Positions 27,834-40,719 of a stretch of 64,000 nucleotides of DNA are shown one piece after another. The stretch is taken from positions 108,252,001 to 108,316,000 of the forward strand of contig OX597816.1 of NCBI GenBank assembly GCA_951406725.2, in the 5' to 3' direction. Positions within the stretch are counted from its first letter, which is position 1. Each line of letters begins with the position of its first letter. A model generated the notes under the pieces. The model made no database searches. It worked only from the letters and a program-made list of their open reading frames with translations, and was not told where the DNA came from. This stretch comes from Octopus vulgaris. Lineage: Eukaryota. A program made the translations under genes and the position numbers.

Positions 27834-28740
27834 ACGTACATATATATTTTTACCTTTCAATTCCCAAATGTAGCTACTAACTCCTGTAGAGTTCACTTTA
27901 CTTCTATTTCTGAAACTAAATTGTTGGAAATTGTATCTAAAACTGCCAACTCTTTTTACGCGCGGTAAATTTCCCCTTTCGATCTTATTGTTTTTCTATG
28001 CACTCTTCAAACCTATACATTATTCCGGTACATAGTCCATTTACACCAAATCGTACATACTCTACATATAAGCTTTACCCTTATATTACGACTTCCATTG
28101 AAAATATACGAGCTAACTTACAACCTATGAATTAGTGCCACATAGGTCTATAGAACAACACTGGATATCCCCAATAGCGATAACTCCCTTGGAGTACACC
28201 GTCGCTAAACTAGCCGAGCCTACGGACACGTGTAAGCTATGTTAATAACTAATTATGAGACTTTAGATTCAACTAACTCTCTTCTCATCTATCCTACAAC
28301 TGATTTGTTGAACTTTGAATCTAACTAAAATGTAAGACTATCGAATTATTGAACATTTTCTTTTTCCTGTTTTTTCCTTACACTTTCTTTCTCTCTATTC
28401 TCTTTTTGTTTATCTGTGCCTTTTTTGTTCTGATGATGTCTATCAATTACAACGAGGTAAATACATATTTACCCCAGCCTGATATACGGAAACAGCTGTA
28501 AACTTACTCTAACATACTCTCATCTTACTTAATTAAATAATGGCTTTATAACACCACTTCTCATTGTTATTTATTTCTCCATTTTCTTATCGGCTTTAGA
28601 TATATATTAAACTACGGTTTACCTTTTAAATTACCTACAACTGTACACCTCATAACAAGGATCATACATACTGAGGTAATTACCAGCAGTACCTCTTGAT
28701 ACATCTACCCCTTAGATGTTTTAATATCTCTAACATATCT
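27834..28740 (+). mobile_element. Non-coding Penelope-type 3'/terminal-repeat fragment bounded by (TA)n
   Basis: No ORF; contains a canonical hammerhead; TA arrays on both sides; partial copy at 22395-22783. Confidence 0.7.
28427..28503 (+). ncRNA. Canonical minimal type-I hammerhead ribozyme
   Basis: gtt-CTGATGA-tgtctatca...tgatatacg-GAAA-CAGCTG-TA-aac. Palindromic helix III ACAGCTGT; predicted cleavage after 28500. Confidence 0.85.
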
Positions 28741-28788
<48 letters not shown>

Positions 28789-28933
28789 AAAAGCAATAAA
28801 GATTCAAGTCAATTTTAATGAATTTACTTGAATATGGTACCTAACTTAGATGCACCAAAAAACTATACGGTTTTAACAATACAGTAATGTGGGGTGATTA
28901 TAAGCGAGAAAGAAGCAACAAGAATGGATAAGT

Positions 28934-29024
28934 TTTTAGTACAATCGTTTCATACAAAGACAGGCTTTATTAAAAGTTGCAAAAATTGCAGCATATAAAC
29001 GTGTCCCGTACTCATCAGCTAAAA
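28934..29024 (-). ncRNA. Canonical hammerhead ribozyme in the 3' repeat of Penelope 2
   Basis: ttttag-CTGATGA-gtacggg...tttgtat-GAAA-CGATTG-TA-ctaaaa; 6-bp helix I. Confidence 0.85.
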
Positions 29025-29175
29025 TACATGTGAGTTCCCTAGACATCTTAGTGGTTGAGGCTATACTCATGAAGTAATGTAGATAATTAAGTAACATAAA
29101 CAGATTTCCAAAGTTCATTAAAGTTCTTTAAAGATGATGTACAGTCTTATCACAGATTTTTAAAAAAGTTTTAAT

Positions 29176-29465
29176 AGCATCACAGAGAAGGTGACTTAAT
29201 CCATAGTGTACATATGAATTTCCAGAGATATGAGGAGGGATTACATACTCACAGACAACAAATTTATCCATGGCTAATCACAACGAGGTGGGTATCAATT
29301 CCTGCTTATTAGCATTACAGAGAGGGTGAATTAATCCTTTGTATAGATGCACAATTTCCAATGGTGTAGATGTAAATTTCCAGAGAAATGAAGAGGAATT
29401 TCATATTCACAGACGATAAATTTATCAATGGTTGAACACAATGAGGTAGGTATCAATTCTTGCTA
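29176..29465. repeat. Diverged tandem duplication (about 135 + 155 bp) in the Penelope 2 3' UTR
   Basis: tagcat(c/t)acagaga...aatttccagaga...cacagac...aaatttatc...ggtatcaattc occurs twice. Confidence 0.8.
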
Positions 29466-30509
29466 TATGATTAGGTATTTGCCACATTAATCACATTACT
29501 GCTATTTTCAAGAGACTGTAGCTATTTAACTTTTAAAGGCTGAAGGGCTTTCTAGAGAGGCAAAGAACAGAAAGGGAAGGAAAGAGAGGAAAAGAGAGAA
29601 AATAAAGGAGGAGGGAGCAAAAGGGGGGGAGACTAAAAGAGAAGAGAAAAGGAAAAAGAAAAAAGAAAAAAGAGAATAAGAAGAAGAAAAAAAAGAGAAA
29701 AGAGAAAGAAAAGAAAGAGGGAAAGAAGGGAGAAAAGAAAAAGAAGAAGAGGGTTCTAGTTATACAGAAGAATTAGTAGACGGCAAGTCTGGTTTTAATT
29801 TGCAGGCATCTAGGAACTAGAGGAGAATATTATTCCTTGACCAGTAAAACAGCTAATTTATTGCTAACGTGACGCCGTTGAAAGCAGCTATGAATTTAAA
29901 GAGAATCTAAAGAGATAACAAGGTCAGGGGTATAGGGGTCAAAGGCTAAAATCAAAAGAAAATACATTAGGAAAATCTAAGTATAATCTTATCAAAAAGT
30001 CATTAAAATTTATTTATTTAATTTATTCTTTTTACTGTCTTAAGGAGTTGCCGTTATTATTCATACATTGACGGACTACAGGTCAAATCTTAGAAGATCA
30101 TTTACAAGGTGTTAGGGAATTGTCTATCATAATGAAGATATTCATACTATCATCGAGGGAGTAGCCTTATTTATTTAATTTTGAAATAGAATTATGAGAC
30201 TTTAGTAACTTATTTTATTTTATTAAAGTTATGTTACTTAAATTAGATTAAGTTAAGAATTAAAAATTAAAAATTAAAATTAAGATTTAAAATTAATATT
30301 TAAAATTATGAATTTGAAATTAAATAAAGCTTCAATTAAGCAGCGTATAAGTACTATTTATTTCCCTGTTCTCAAAAAACTGATGCAGAAATAAGGAAAA
30401 AGAAAAAGATAACTGTAGTGTGAGAACTCTTAGTTATCTACTTAAAGCAGTGCTATACTAGTAAAAATCAAGTTATATCTATCTATCTATCTAGTTACGA
30501 ATATTCTAA

Positions 30510-32570
30510 TCATTTAAAATATTTTAAAGTCTTCAATTTAGCGTGGACACAAACTTGACCTAGTTCGATATGGTTATTCAATAAGTTTCTATGTTTTCTA
30601 TGCTTTAGAATTTCATACGTCTCCATGGAGCATAGTTGGCAACCAACCCTGCTATTTTTATACGGAATTGCTCTCCTAACTATTTCCCAATTAAGGTTAT
30701 AATTATTGTTATTATTTTTGAGTTCCCAGATTTTGTTTGAAAGTGTGGTGGTACCAGCTTTATGACGTAATTTAAAAGACGAGATGTGGTTTCTAACTCT
30801 GGCTAGAAAATTAATTGTACATCCAATGTAAAAATATTTGTTATTCTCCGTGGATATGGTACATTTATAGATTACGTTATTTTCCCCGCATAGACCAGGT
30901 GCCGGGCATTTTGATTTTATTCTACACTTACACACAGGAGGAACAACTTCAGGTTTTGGATTATTCTTGGGTAGATGTCTTAGGTTCCTATTATTTTGAT
31001 TATCATGAGTATAATTGTCCTTATTGTTATTAATATTTTTATAGTTGGTGCTGATATCTAAAGTATTGCTATTATTTATTGATCCTTCTGTTTCATCTTT
31101 TAGGTCTAAAGTCCTACCATGATTTTTTATATTATTGGTAATGTTACTATTATTGTTAGTCTTTATATCCGACTGCATATTGTTGTTATAGATATCACTG
31201 ATATTTTCATTCTCCGTATTTTCTCCATTAGCCTTATTTCTATTATTTCTATTATTAACATTATTACTTCTATTAATATCGGTATTGTTATTATTACTAT
31301 TAATGTTAATGTTATTAGTCATTCTGTGGTTACTAATTTCACCCAAGTTTTGATAGTTACTATTGCTGTTTTTATTGTTGGTAGTATTATTATAATTGCT
31401 ATTGGTATTCATGCTGATATTATTATTTTTATTTCTATCTTTCCTGGCTAGTTTAATGTTGTTATTATTAATCTTAGCTATTAAAGTGGACATATTTGGG
31501 AGGGTTGAATAAGAAATCCTAACTGTTTTCCTAGAAATAATTCTATGATATCTATGAGAGATTGGGAAATTTTTTTCTAGAATTACTTTGAATTTGTTCT
31601 GTATATCCGATTGTATCGCACAGTTGAAAGGAATATTCAGCCATATTATATCTTTTTTATTAAATTTAGGGTTCGTAGAATTATTACTATTCATCTCACC
31701 AGAGTTATTGTATTTATTACCATTATTTTTATTTTTATTTGTGTGCATCTTTGGTTTATCTACTTCGATATTATCCGAGTTACCTATGTTTTGGTCAATG
31801 CTTCTATTTGAATTGTTGGGCCTGTACGTTAGATTAGCGTTTACCGTTAATTTAATTCTACTTTTATTTCGGGCTTGGTCTGTATTGCTGCTTACGTGAT
31901 TACTGATAACTTCTTTATTATTAGGAATACGTAAGTTCTCCTTATCAACGAATGTAATCTTTTGGTTGTATCCTGCCTTAGTTAACGCCGCATTATAATG
32001 CTCAGAATGGGAGTTAAATATATCCTTATTGGATGATAATTTTGAAATTCTTAATGAAATATTTCTTACTAAAGATTCAATTATATTTGGGGGATGATTT
32101 GATAATTTATTTACGTAATTCGTGATTTCGCCTTCCTTTCTAAATGGGTAATGCAGCTTGGAGTTAAGGTCTAGCGTAATATCTAGGAAGTTAACTATTT
32201 TAGTGCCAGGTTCATACGTTATGCTGAGGTTGAAATCCTTAAAGAACTTATTAATTTTCTTTCTAATCCTTTCTATAATAGATTTATTATTACTAGGGAT
32301 AACAAATAGAGCATCATCCCTATATAGACCCCCTTGTAGTTCCGGGATATCCTTGCTTATGCATTTTAATAGATATGCGCCTACTAGGTTGGTTACCTCA
32401 GCCGAATCACTGGAACCCATTGGTATATCAAAATAATTAGGTGTATCTGCTCTAGTCCATAATTTATCTTCAAATTCTATAAATGTCTTCCTAGCTAGTA
32501 GCACAATATTGATTTCTTCTCTAGATATGAGGGAGCGATTCATGGCAAATATTAGTGATTTGTTAAGCAA
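30510..32570 (-). CDS. 5'-truncated Penelope-like RT (GLYRDD type) + Asn-rich linker + GIY-YIG endonuclease
   Basis: FDIPMGSSDSAEV, GLYRDD, VNFLDITLDL, SNHPP; CKCR..KCP..GLC; VIYKC...FYIGCT...R..NH; CQLC..E...LLN. The start is an inversion junction, not a true ATG. Confidence 0.9.
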   Translation of the reverse strand: MLNKSLIFAMNRSLISREEINIVLLARKTFIEFEDKLWTRADTPNYFDIPMGSSDSAEVTNLVGAYLLKCISKDIPELQGGLYRDDALFVIPSNNKSIIERIRKKINKFFKDFNLSITYEPGTKIVNFLDITLDLNSKLHYPFRKEGEITNYVNKLSNHPPNIIESLVRNISLRISKLSSNKDIFNSHSEHYNAALTKAGYNQKITFVDKENLRIPNNKEVISNHVSSNTDQARNKSRIKLTVNANLTYRPNNSNRSIDQNIGNSDNIEVDKPKMHTNKNKNNGNKYNNSGEMNSNNSTNPKFNKKDIIWLNIPFNCAIQSDIQNKFKVILEKNFPISHRYHRIISRKTVRISYSTLPNMSTLIAKINNNNIKLARKDRNKNNNISMNTNSNYNNTTNNKNSNSNYQNLGEISNHRMTNNININSNNNNTDINRSNNVNNRNNRNKANGENTENENISDIYNNNMQSDIKTNNNSNITNNIKNHGRTLDLKDETEGSINNSNTLDISTNYKNINNNKDNYTHDNQNNRNLRHLPKNNPKPEVVPPVCKCRIKSKCPAPGLCGENNVIYKCTISTENNKYFYIGCTINFLARVRNHISSFKLRHKAGTTTLSNKIWELKNNNNNYNLNWEIVRRAIPYKNSRVGCQLCSMETYEILKHRKHRNLLNNHIELGQVCVHAKLKTLKYFK

Positions 32571-32596
32571 ATCACATGTATTTTAGCTGATGAGTA

Positions 32597-32687
32597 TTTT
32601 AGCTGATGAGTACGGGACACGTTTATATGCTGCAATTTTTGCAACTTTTAATAAAGCCTGTCTTTGTATGAAACGATTGTACTAAAA
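32597..32687 (+). ncRNA. Inverted second copy of the Penelope 2 hammerhead
   Basis: Same motif as 28934-29024 on the + strand; predicted cleavage after 32681. Confidence 0.85.
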
Positions 32688-32717
32688 ACTTATCCATTCT
32701 TGTTGCTTCTTTCTCGC

Positions 32718-32770
<53 letters not shown>

Positions 32771-32825
32771 AGAAATTCGGGGTGAGTACTTGATAATTGT
32801 ATACACCAGCAAACGGTATATACAG

Positions 32826-32889
<64 letters not shown>

Positions 32890-32890
<1 letters not shown>

Positions 32891-33718
32891 AGGATTTAAC
32901 AAAAACATAAGGAACGGAAAATTTGACAAAAAACATAACAAGCAGAGCATTTGACGAGAACATAACAAACAAAATTCGTAGCTAATTCCTCATCACTCAA
33001 CGCCTAAAAGATCATTACAATTTCTCGCCGTTATCGTTGATATTATTCACTCTTTGTGGCGCCAATTGCAAAAAGCTACTGGGAATACCAAACGAACATA
33101 CAGGACAATGACTAAAACAAACATGACAACTAAAATAGTTATAATAATTATACATATACGACAAAAACCGTACGGTTACCAGGCAGACCAATATGGGTAA
33201 CGTAAAGGAAAATGAAAATGTCCTATAGGACTAGAACCAGAGGATGGCAGATAGAAAGTCAGCACGAAGGAAGAAATAAACAAACCGCGTAGGAAAAAGG
33301 TGAAGTACAAAGAAGCATGACCGGCCTGGTCAACGGCAAGGCAAAAAAAAAGGATGAGGTTTAGATAGTCATGGATTCGTGGTGGTGGGAGGAGGGAGAA
33401 AGAATCGTAGAGGGCAGGGGAACAAAGGCAACAGAGGAGCGTATTATGGGGAAAAGTGAGAGAAAGAGGAAGGTAAAAGAGAGCAAACAGAAAGAAAGGG
33501 ACAGGATTAAACATGGCACAAAAATTTTTCCAAGAATATTTTATAAAGGGTAAAAAATATAAGGAGTATGTTGCGTTACATAAATATTTGAAGGATTTAA
33601 GAAAAACACAACAAGCGGAAAATTCGTAGTTAATTCTTCATCAGTCAAAATCCAAAAGATCATTCCAATTTCCCACCATTATTGCTGATATTGCTCACTC
33701 TTGGTGGCAGCAGTTGTA
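32890..33718. repeat. Diverged direct repeats (32890-33070 and 33591-33718) flanking a purine-rich spacer of about 520 bp
   Basis: aaggatttaa..aaaaac...aaaattcgtag.taattc.tcatca.tcaa...aaaagatcatt.caatttc...gatatt..tcactct is present twice. Confidence 0.7.
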
Positions 33719-34812
33719 TGTATGTATGTGTGTGTGTGTATGTTTGTATGTGTGTGTATGTATGTGTGTGAAAAAGGAGCACGAAAATACTACTCCCTTT
33801 ATATGGGCACATTTTAATTTTCCTTATATAAATACATTAAAAAAAGAATATTTTGGTTTTGCTTTACATGTTTAGGTTTTTGAAAAATCTTATCAACAAT
33901 ATGTACTAAAATGGAACATATAGAGAGAAAAGTGCTATTAATAAATCAAATTAAAATTAACATTCATAGTTTACATTCCATTTTTCCTGCAAGAGCACGT
34001 GGTAATTTCCGTTAATTTTCGTGGCATGACAAGTTGAACTGTCTGTGACCGCAAATTACTAATATATGTGTGTGTGTATATATATATATATATATAGTTT
34101 TTGGGACAACTGAGATGAAGATATTGTTTATTAAGGATTGCAACATTTATTGTTTGTAATATTGTGTCAAAATTATCGTCGCTTCAAAATTATCACTGTT
34201 TTTATATGTGCATCGAAAAATGTGACACAAATGTTTCACAATGAAATTTACGCGATAAAGATAAGATGAAAGAGCGAACTCAAACATGTTGAAAACCTTA
34301 TCAGTTGTTGAACAAATATGATTACAATTTTGAAACCTTCTGACAATAGAATATAATTTAATTTCGTAGTATCAGTAACGTAAGCAGCTGCAGCATAAAC
34401 AAGTAGTTATGATAAACAAAGGAGAAAAATATGCAGACAATGACAGCACCAGGAAAAATAATGTGTGCAAGCCGAGTGGTAAATAATGGTAGTGAAGGGA
34501 ACGGGAATAAGAGCAAAACTTCGTATACGCATAGACAAGGGCAGTAACAGAATATCTAAGGCCAACGGACCATATGGCAAAGATTAACAGTAAGAAAAGG
34601 AGAAAATACAATGTAAAACTATATATGTATATAAATATATAATTTAGGTCGCTAGACGCAATTTTAAACTAAAAAGGAAATTATAATTCAACGTCACCAA
34701 GGGTGAAATGAGCACCGGCATTGCTAGAAATAAGTCATAGACTCTTTAGCCACATAAAGCACTGTTCTATTTGAACTGACAGGGGAACCAACCTCCGCAC
34801 AGCGAGCAAATT

Positions 34813-34865
34813 GCATCAGATTAGCATGCTAGTTTCGTATAGAAATTAATACTCATCAGTAATGC
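34813..34865 (-). ncRNA. Hammerhead ribozyme motif in a TA-bounded element of about 250 bp (about 34640-34890)
   Basis: gcatta-CTGATGA-GTAT-taatttct-ATAC-GAAA-CTAGCATGCTAA-TC-tgatgc. Helix I 6 bp, helix II 4 bp, palindromic helix III with one mismatch. Confidence 0.8.
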
Positions 34866-35619
34866 TCATTCCATTGCTAGTGGTGAAGCTTATATATATA
34901 TATATATACATTCTTAAGTCCACCATTTCGTCAATCGCAGCGGCTTCCAAGCTTCGTCACAAATTCAGTTCTCAAGTAAATTGCAAACTGTTAATAGTTT
35001 TAAAGAGGACACCTTCTCAGCTACACTTTGGCATAAATAGTTTGAGATTTGGTTCTTAGGTTTAAATGATAGAAAAATGCATGAGGAACTCAGAATCTCT
35101 AGTCGCATTGAACAAAAATTAGTAGAAAAAGAGTTATGAGGTAAAAGTAAGGAAGTAAGGGAGTAACGCTTAAGCAATAAGAATAATGAGTATATTTTTA
35201 AAATGAATACTTTCTTTTTTTTAAGGCGGCGAACTGGCAGAAACGTTAGCGCGCCGGACGAAATGCTTCTCAGTATTTCGTCTGTCTTTACGTTTTTGAG
35301 TCCAAATTTCGCAGAGGTCGACTCTGACGTACAGATTATTTAATTAATTTCTTTTTTTAACTAAACACTTTCAAACTTCCGATACTGGTAGAATGTGTCA
35401 CATAGAACAGGGTTTACTCTTAACGGTTTTGTATTTTAGAAGTTATTTCGTCAGAAGTTACAGAGTGACAAGGCACAAATTTGTGTTTGATACGTGCCAA
35501 TACACGAAACTCTCAGCTTTTGACTTACTGTCTAGCTTCTGCCGATGATATATATACATATTACATAAATGTGTAAAACAATTTTCATCACGCAATCGAA
35601 CCAATGAAAAAGCCTCTAG

Positions 35620-35795
35620 TTGGTCGCTCGACACGCTAAAAATAGCAGCCAAAGTATCCCCCTACTTAAATCACACGCCCATTGTATGTAATGTCCTAGA
35701 TTATCCCTAAAAGGTCGGTTTGTTGAAGGCTGGAATGTCTTTGATGATAGGTTTGCAGTATCAGTGTTTATTTGAGGCTAAATAACAACAACATT
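35620..35795 (+). repeat. Dispersed repeat family of about 200 bp (aaatagcagcc...aaatcacacc...aacaacaac)
   Basis: Similar segments at about 38720-38900, 51795-51865, 54005-54185 and 57290-57350(-). Confidence 0.5.
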
Positions 35796-36414
35796 AAGGT
35801 CAATTTCTATATTAACACGCATGATTTTTACGAAGAAAAAAATTTGATTTTTTACGTGGAATCAAGTACCCTGACCTCCTAATATGCTGCAAATCCCTTA
35901 TTTTGCTTCGGAAAAAATGAGGTGGGGTTCCCCCACACACACACAATCCCGGAATCATTGTAAATTCTTTTTTCGTTGAATATTGCAATATTAGGTTACT
36001 TAAGGTGAGCCAGGTAACTGATGGTTTTGGGGTCTTGTTTTTAACTTTTGGAGAGCCATGGTGCAACCAACAACATGGTAAAAATCCCTGCCATTAATTT
36101 GGTGTTGATGGGTAGTATCAGATAATTCAATCACAAGATATATTTAAATTCAACATGAAAAAATTGAAATATTATCTTTCAGTATTTTATAAGGTAAAAT
36201 CTTAAATTATTGACACATTATTAATTATCTTATAACAGCAATTCCTGGAGAAATCATGGATTACATGGAAAAATGCGAGCATGAAAAGTCATATTCAAAT
36301 GAAATATGCAACCGAAAGAGCTAATAATAGTTTCCTGCTATTATAATACTTGAAGAAGCATATTCATAAAACATGCCATGTATCTTAAAGCAATCTCTCA
36401 GGGTCTGTTTATGC

Positions 36415-36446
<32 letters not shown>

Positions 36447-37173
36447 GATATGAAATTCTTTCGGCCACAAAATTAACGTTTGCGAATTAACGTTAATGGG
36501 AAGACTGGTGCCTTGTCTTCTTTTGGTATCTTGTGTTACATATTGAAAGGAGACATCTTATGTGAAATGCATCATTGAGTTGCTTTGACTCCGGAAGATG
36601 TGCTGGCGTTTAAAAACAGGCAAAGCAATTTTACTTTCAATTTTAGCGTTTGAGTCTACTGTAGAAGCAAGTTAGTCAAATAAAGTGACGTTTTTGATTG
36701 GGTCATCATCAATTATTGTGACAAAGCTTAACTTCACTGTGGTGCTTTTGAGTTATGCTAATGAACAAATTCAGCTTTTGTAACACTAATTGTGTGACCT
36801 AAAGCTTTGCATTACTCGGAAAATCTATTTATTATTACCCTATTTTTTTCTTTCATCACACAATAACAATAACAATAACAATTTTGATGCCCAATGTTCT
36901 GATCATTTCCGTGTTTCAAATGGAACTAAATAAGGTTCCATTCATGCTCCTGTATTATTTGAAATCTCTCATGCTCAAATATGCGTTTCATGCTTGTCAT
37001 GACTTCCTAACTGTACAGTTTCGCTCTAGCGCAGGTCTATTTTATGCAAAAAGGTGCAGTATGATGATTAAACAAGAGCTTCATTTGATACGGGAGTTAC
37101 TTTCTGCAAATGATTGAGCACTAGTTCATTGTTTGGAACAGATGTTGTAAGATATTTTAAATACAATACATAC

Positions 37174-37240
<67 letters not shown>

Positions 37241-37395
37241 TGTATGTATGTATGTATATTCATGTATGTGTATAGAGATATATATACACAAGTAACTTCC
37301 ACAAATTATTTATACTGTATATAACTATTTGTAATATTTATTGATATTTATATATAAATATAATTTCAATAAATATATTACACATTTATATATAC

Positions 37396-37452
<57 letters not shown>

Positions 37453-37548
37453 TGTATGTATAGAGAGAAACCGTATATATATATATATATATAAATATAT
37501 ATACATATTTATGCAAGTACATATTTGTCTATGTTTAATATATACCTA

Positions 37549-37602
<54 letters not shown>

Positions 37603-37705
37603 AATACATGTGTATTTATGAATGTATATATGTGTGTGTGTATGTATGCGTGTATGCGCGCCTGTATATGCAAATATCCTCTGTTCCTCAATATATTTCT
37701 CTCTT

Positions 37706-37756
<51 letters not shown>

Positions 37757-38934
37757 CATACACACACGCATTCTCGTTCTTTTTCCCTTCTATAAACCAT
37801 CGCCATCGAAGTTTTGCTTTGGGAGGTACATCAATAGAATGCAATTTTAGCTAACACCACTCTCTGATGTCACGGCCAGGTGAAGATATTCAAATATATT
37901 GGTATCAGGCTAATCGATTATTGATAATTGGAGAATATTTCCTCAACTTTTATTTTTCCGATTTTTTTAGCCCATATTCTTTAACTGTATCAAAAAGAAC
38001 TACTTTAAAGCATGCCAAATGATGTTTTAACTGATATTTCCGACCTAGATATGTTTGATTTTTACTCTAAGAATCTCCATTAGTCAGCCATTATATGCTG
38101 AATTTTCCCCGCCAACCGCAGAAGTTTTCAGAATAATAATATACATACACAAATATATATATTAATACAGACACTTGCGTACAAATATAGAATCGCAGAA
38201 ACAGGCAAGTAGATATAATACACATACTCGCATAAAGAAAACCAGCGTGCACATACAAGCATATAGTTGTATTCATCATGTATGACTGTTTATATTTTTC
38301 TTATAAAAACATGTATAACTTAATTTGTTCCCCACCTGAGATCTTTGTTCAATAAATACATGTCTGTGTCTAAGTGTGTGTGTTCAAGTGGGCATATAAA
38401 TATGTTCGTGTGATAGTGAGTGTGAAATGGTGTGTGAGATTGCAGAAGCATTTATTTATGTTTATATTTGTTTAAATTCTGTCAACGGGAATAATTTGTT
38501 GTAAACATAACGCATAGGAATAAAAGTAGAGACTATTATTCTGTATTATATCACTACTATTTTTCTCACTAAATCACAGCTCTTACACCGTGTTAGGCTA
38601 TTCAGATTGTATAAATATCATTCAATGTAGTGTGTATATTTTGACACTTGTTTTCAAGCGTATTAAACTTCATTTCTTCTAGACTCCATCATTTGTAACC
38701 GACGTTACAAAACTGACACCAAACAAAATTAGCTATATCATTTTCAAATCACACCCTACTGTCATAATAGAAAATATTTGTATCCAGTTATTATATTATT
38801 CTAGATACATTATAGCTTAAATAATAAGACGAGGAGGATGGCTGAAATGTCTCTGAACATATGTCTACGGAATCAAGTTTGATCTGAGGTTAAACAATCA
38901 CGACTGCTCACGTATTAGGGATGCAGCACTTGTT

Positions 38935-39033
<99 letters not shown>

Positions 39034-39271
39034 GGATGAATAAATGAGAAAGATATGAGAGAGGGAGTGCGTCAGATAAACATGGGAGCATATGGGCTAC
39101 CAGAGAGTATGAGTATGTGAGAGGAAGAGAAAGAGAGAGTGAGAGAAAGAGAGGGGGAGAGACAACTTTGAGTAAATGAGATATCGAAAAAGATATATGA
39201 AAATTTGGATAAACGAACGTATATCTAGGGCGGCTAAAATGACGATCGTAAAGCAATACAGTAAATGAAGT

Positions 39272-39361
<90 letters not shown>

Positions 39362-39610
39362 GAAGGGGGTTAGGGAGTAGCAAAATAGAATCACACCACC
39401 ATAGTAAAGTAAATTGAATTATCAAATAGCTGTAAGCGTGGAGCCTTGCTGCTGAGTTGGGTGATAATGACGAATGAGAAAACAAAATGTCTGATGATGA
39501 GGTTTTAAACTCGAAAAACCTCAAGATTTAACAGCCTAACCATCAACAAGATTCCAGTCTACAGTTAACTGATAATCTAATTTACTTCGATGTGTGATTC
39601 TGTTGCGCTA

Positions 39611-39689
<79 letters not shown>

Positions 39690-40719
39690 GTTTAATTTTA
39701 CTACTTTGGGATTCTCTCTATCTTTGCATCCATCTTTTCTCATTTTCCCTTATATAGCCTTTATTTCCTTGTCGATCTTTCTTTCTCGCTCCTTCTAATC
39801 TCTTTATCAACCTATAAGCATACCTACCCATATATATATATTTATTCATCCCTCCGCCTGTTTATCTCTTTACCTAGCCAGTTTTCTATCTACCTGTCTC
39901 TCTCACTCTCTCTCTCTCTCTATATATATATTATATATATATATATATAACTATCTATTAGTCTCTGTCCGTTCTTCTGATTAAATACTTAAAACCAAAG
40001 CTAGCGAAGCATCTAGTAACTATTATATTGTTTTCTACCTTGTCATTTTATTCTAACAATGCTGTAAACCGTAGTTGCCTACACTGAATCTAGGAACGCG
40101 TGCGCGCGCTCACATGCACATCTATGCATGTATATATGTAACTATGGGTGTAGAGTATCGTGGATAAATGAAAGAACTACTTGCGTCGCTAACAACGTTG
40201 ACCCATAATAATAACTAGCGAGGGTTGCTTGCTAGAAGAAACAATAAGAGGAAAAACAAGTTCAGTTTTACAAAGGAGCAGTAGCAAACGGCAGCGTTGC
40301 ATATAAGCCAATTAAATTATTGTAAGGACTGCAAGCGGATGCAGCGATACCTTAATGCTGTACGACACGATACGCCTATGGCGTTGACGATGGGATACAG
40401 AGAATTAATTTTGAACCAATCCAGATTTGATTGAAGCCTCGTCGTGATGTTTAGCAGCTAGTGCAAGAACGAAAAGTTTGACGAGCAATGATGAATACAA
40501 GGAAATAACTGATCTCTTCATATTGAAAGCAGGATTTGAGAACATTAAAAGAGTCTAAATAATTATATACATCCTAAAATGTTGGATGAAATGAAATTTG
40601 AGAATATAAAGAAAATAATTATGCTGTCGGTAAGAACATAGAAGCTGGCTATTGCTGAAAGATTTTTTTTTTTTTATTATTTTGAAAGAAAATGATTAAG
40701 AGAAAGTTAATCTGCAGAG

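Larger units (their letters stand above)
28787..32718 (-). mobile_element. Penelope-like retroelement 2, 5'-truncated with inverted partial terminal repeat, bounded by (TA)n
   Basis: 28904-29033 is the reverse complement of 32572-32717; RT-GIY-YIG ORF between them; (TA)n at both ends. Confidence 0.92.

Noticed and set aside
25195-32570. Both Penelope ORFs listed as exactly 686 aa
   Set aside because: Coincidence: one is cut by a frameshift and a late ATG, the other by an inversion junction, and the proteins are very different.
39491-39530. CTGATGA followed by a hairpin and GAAA
   Set aside because: No helix I or III pairing and no proper cleavage triplet.
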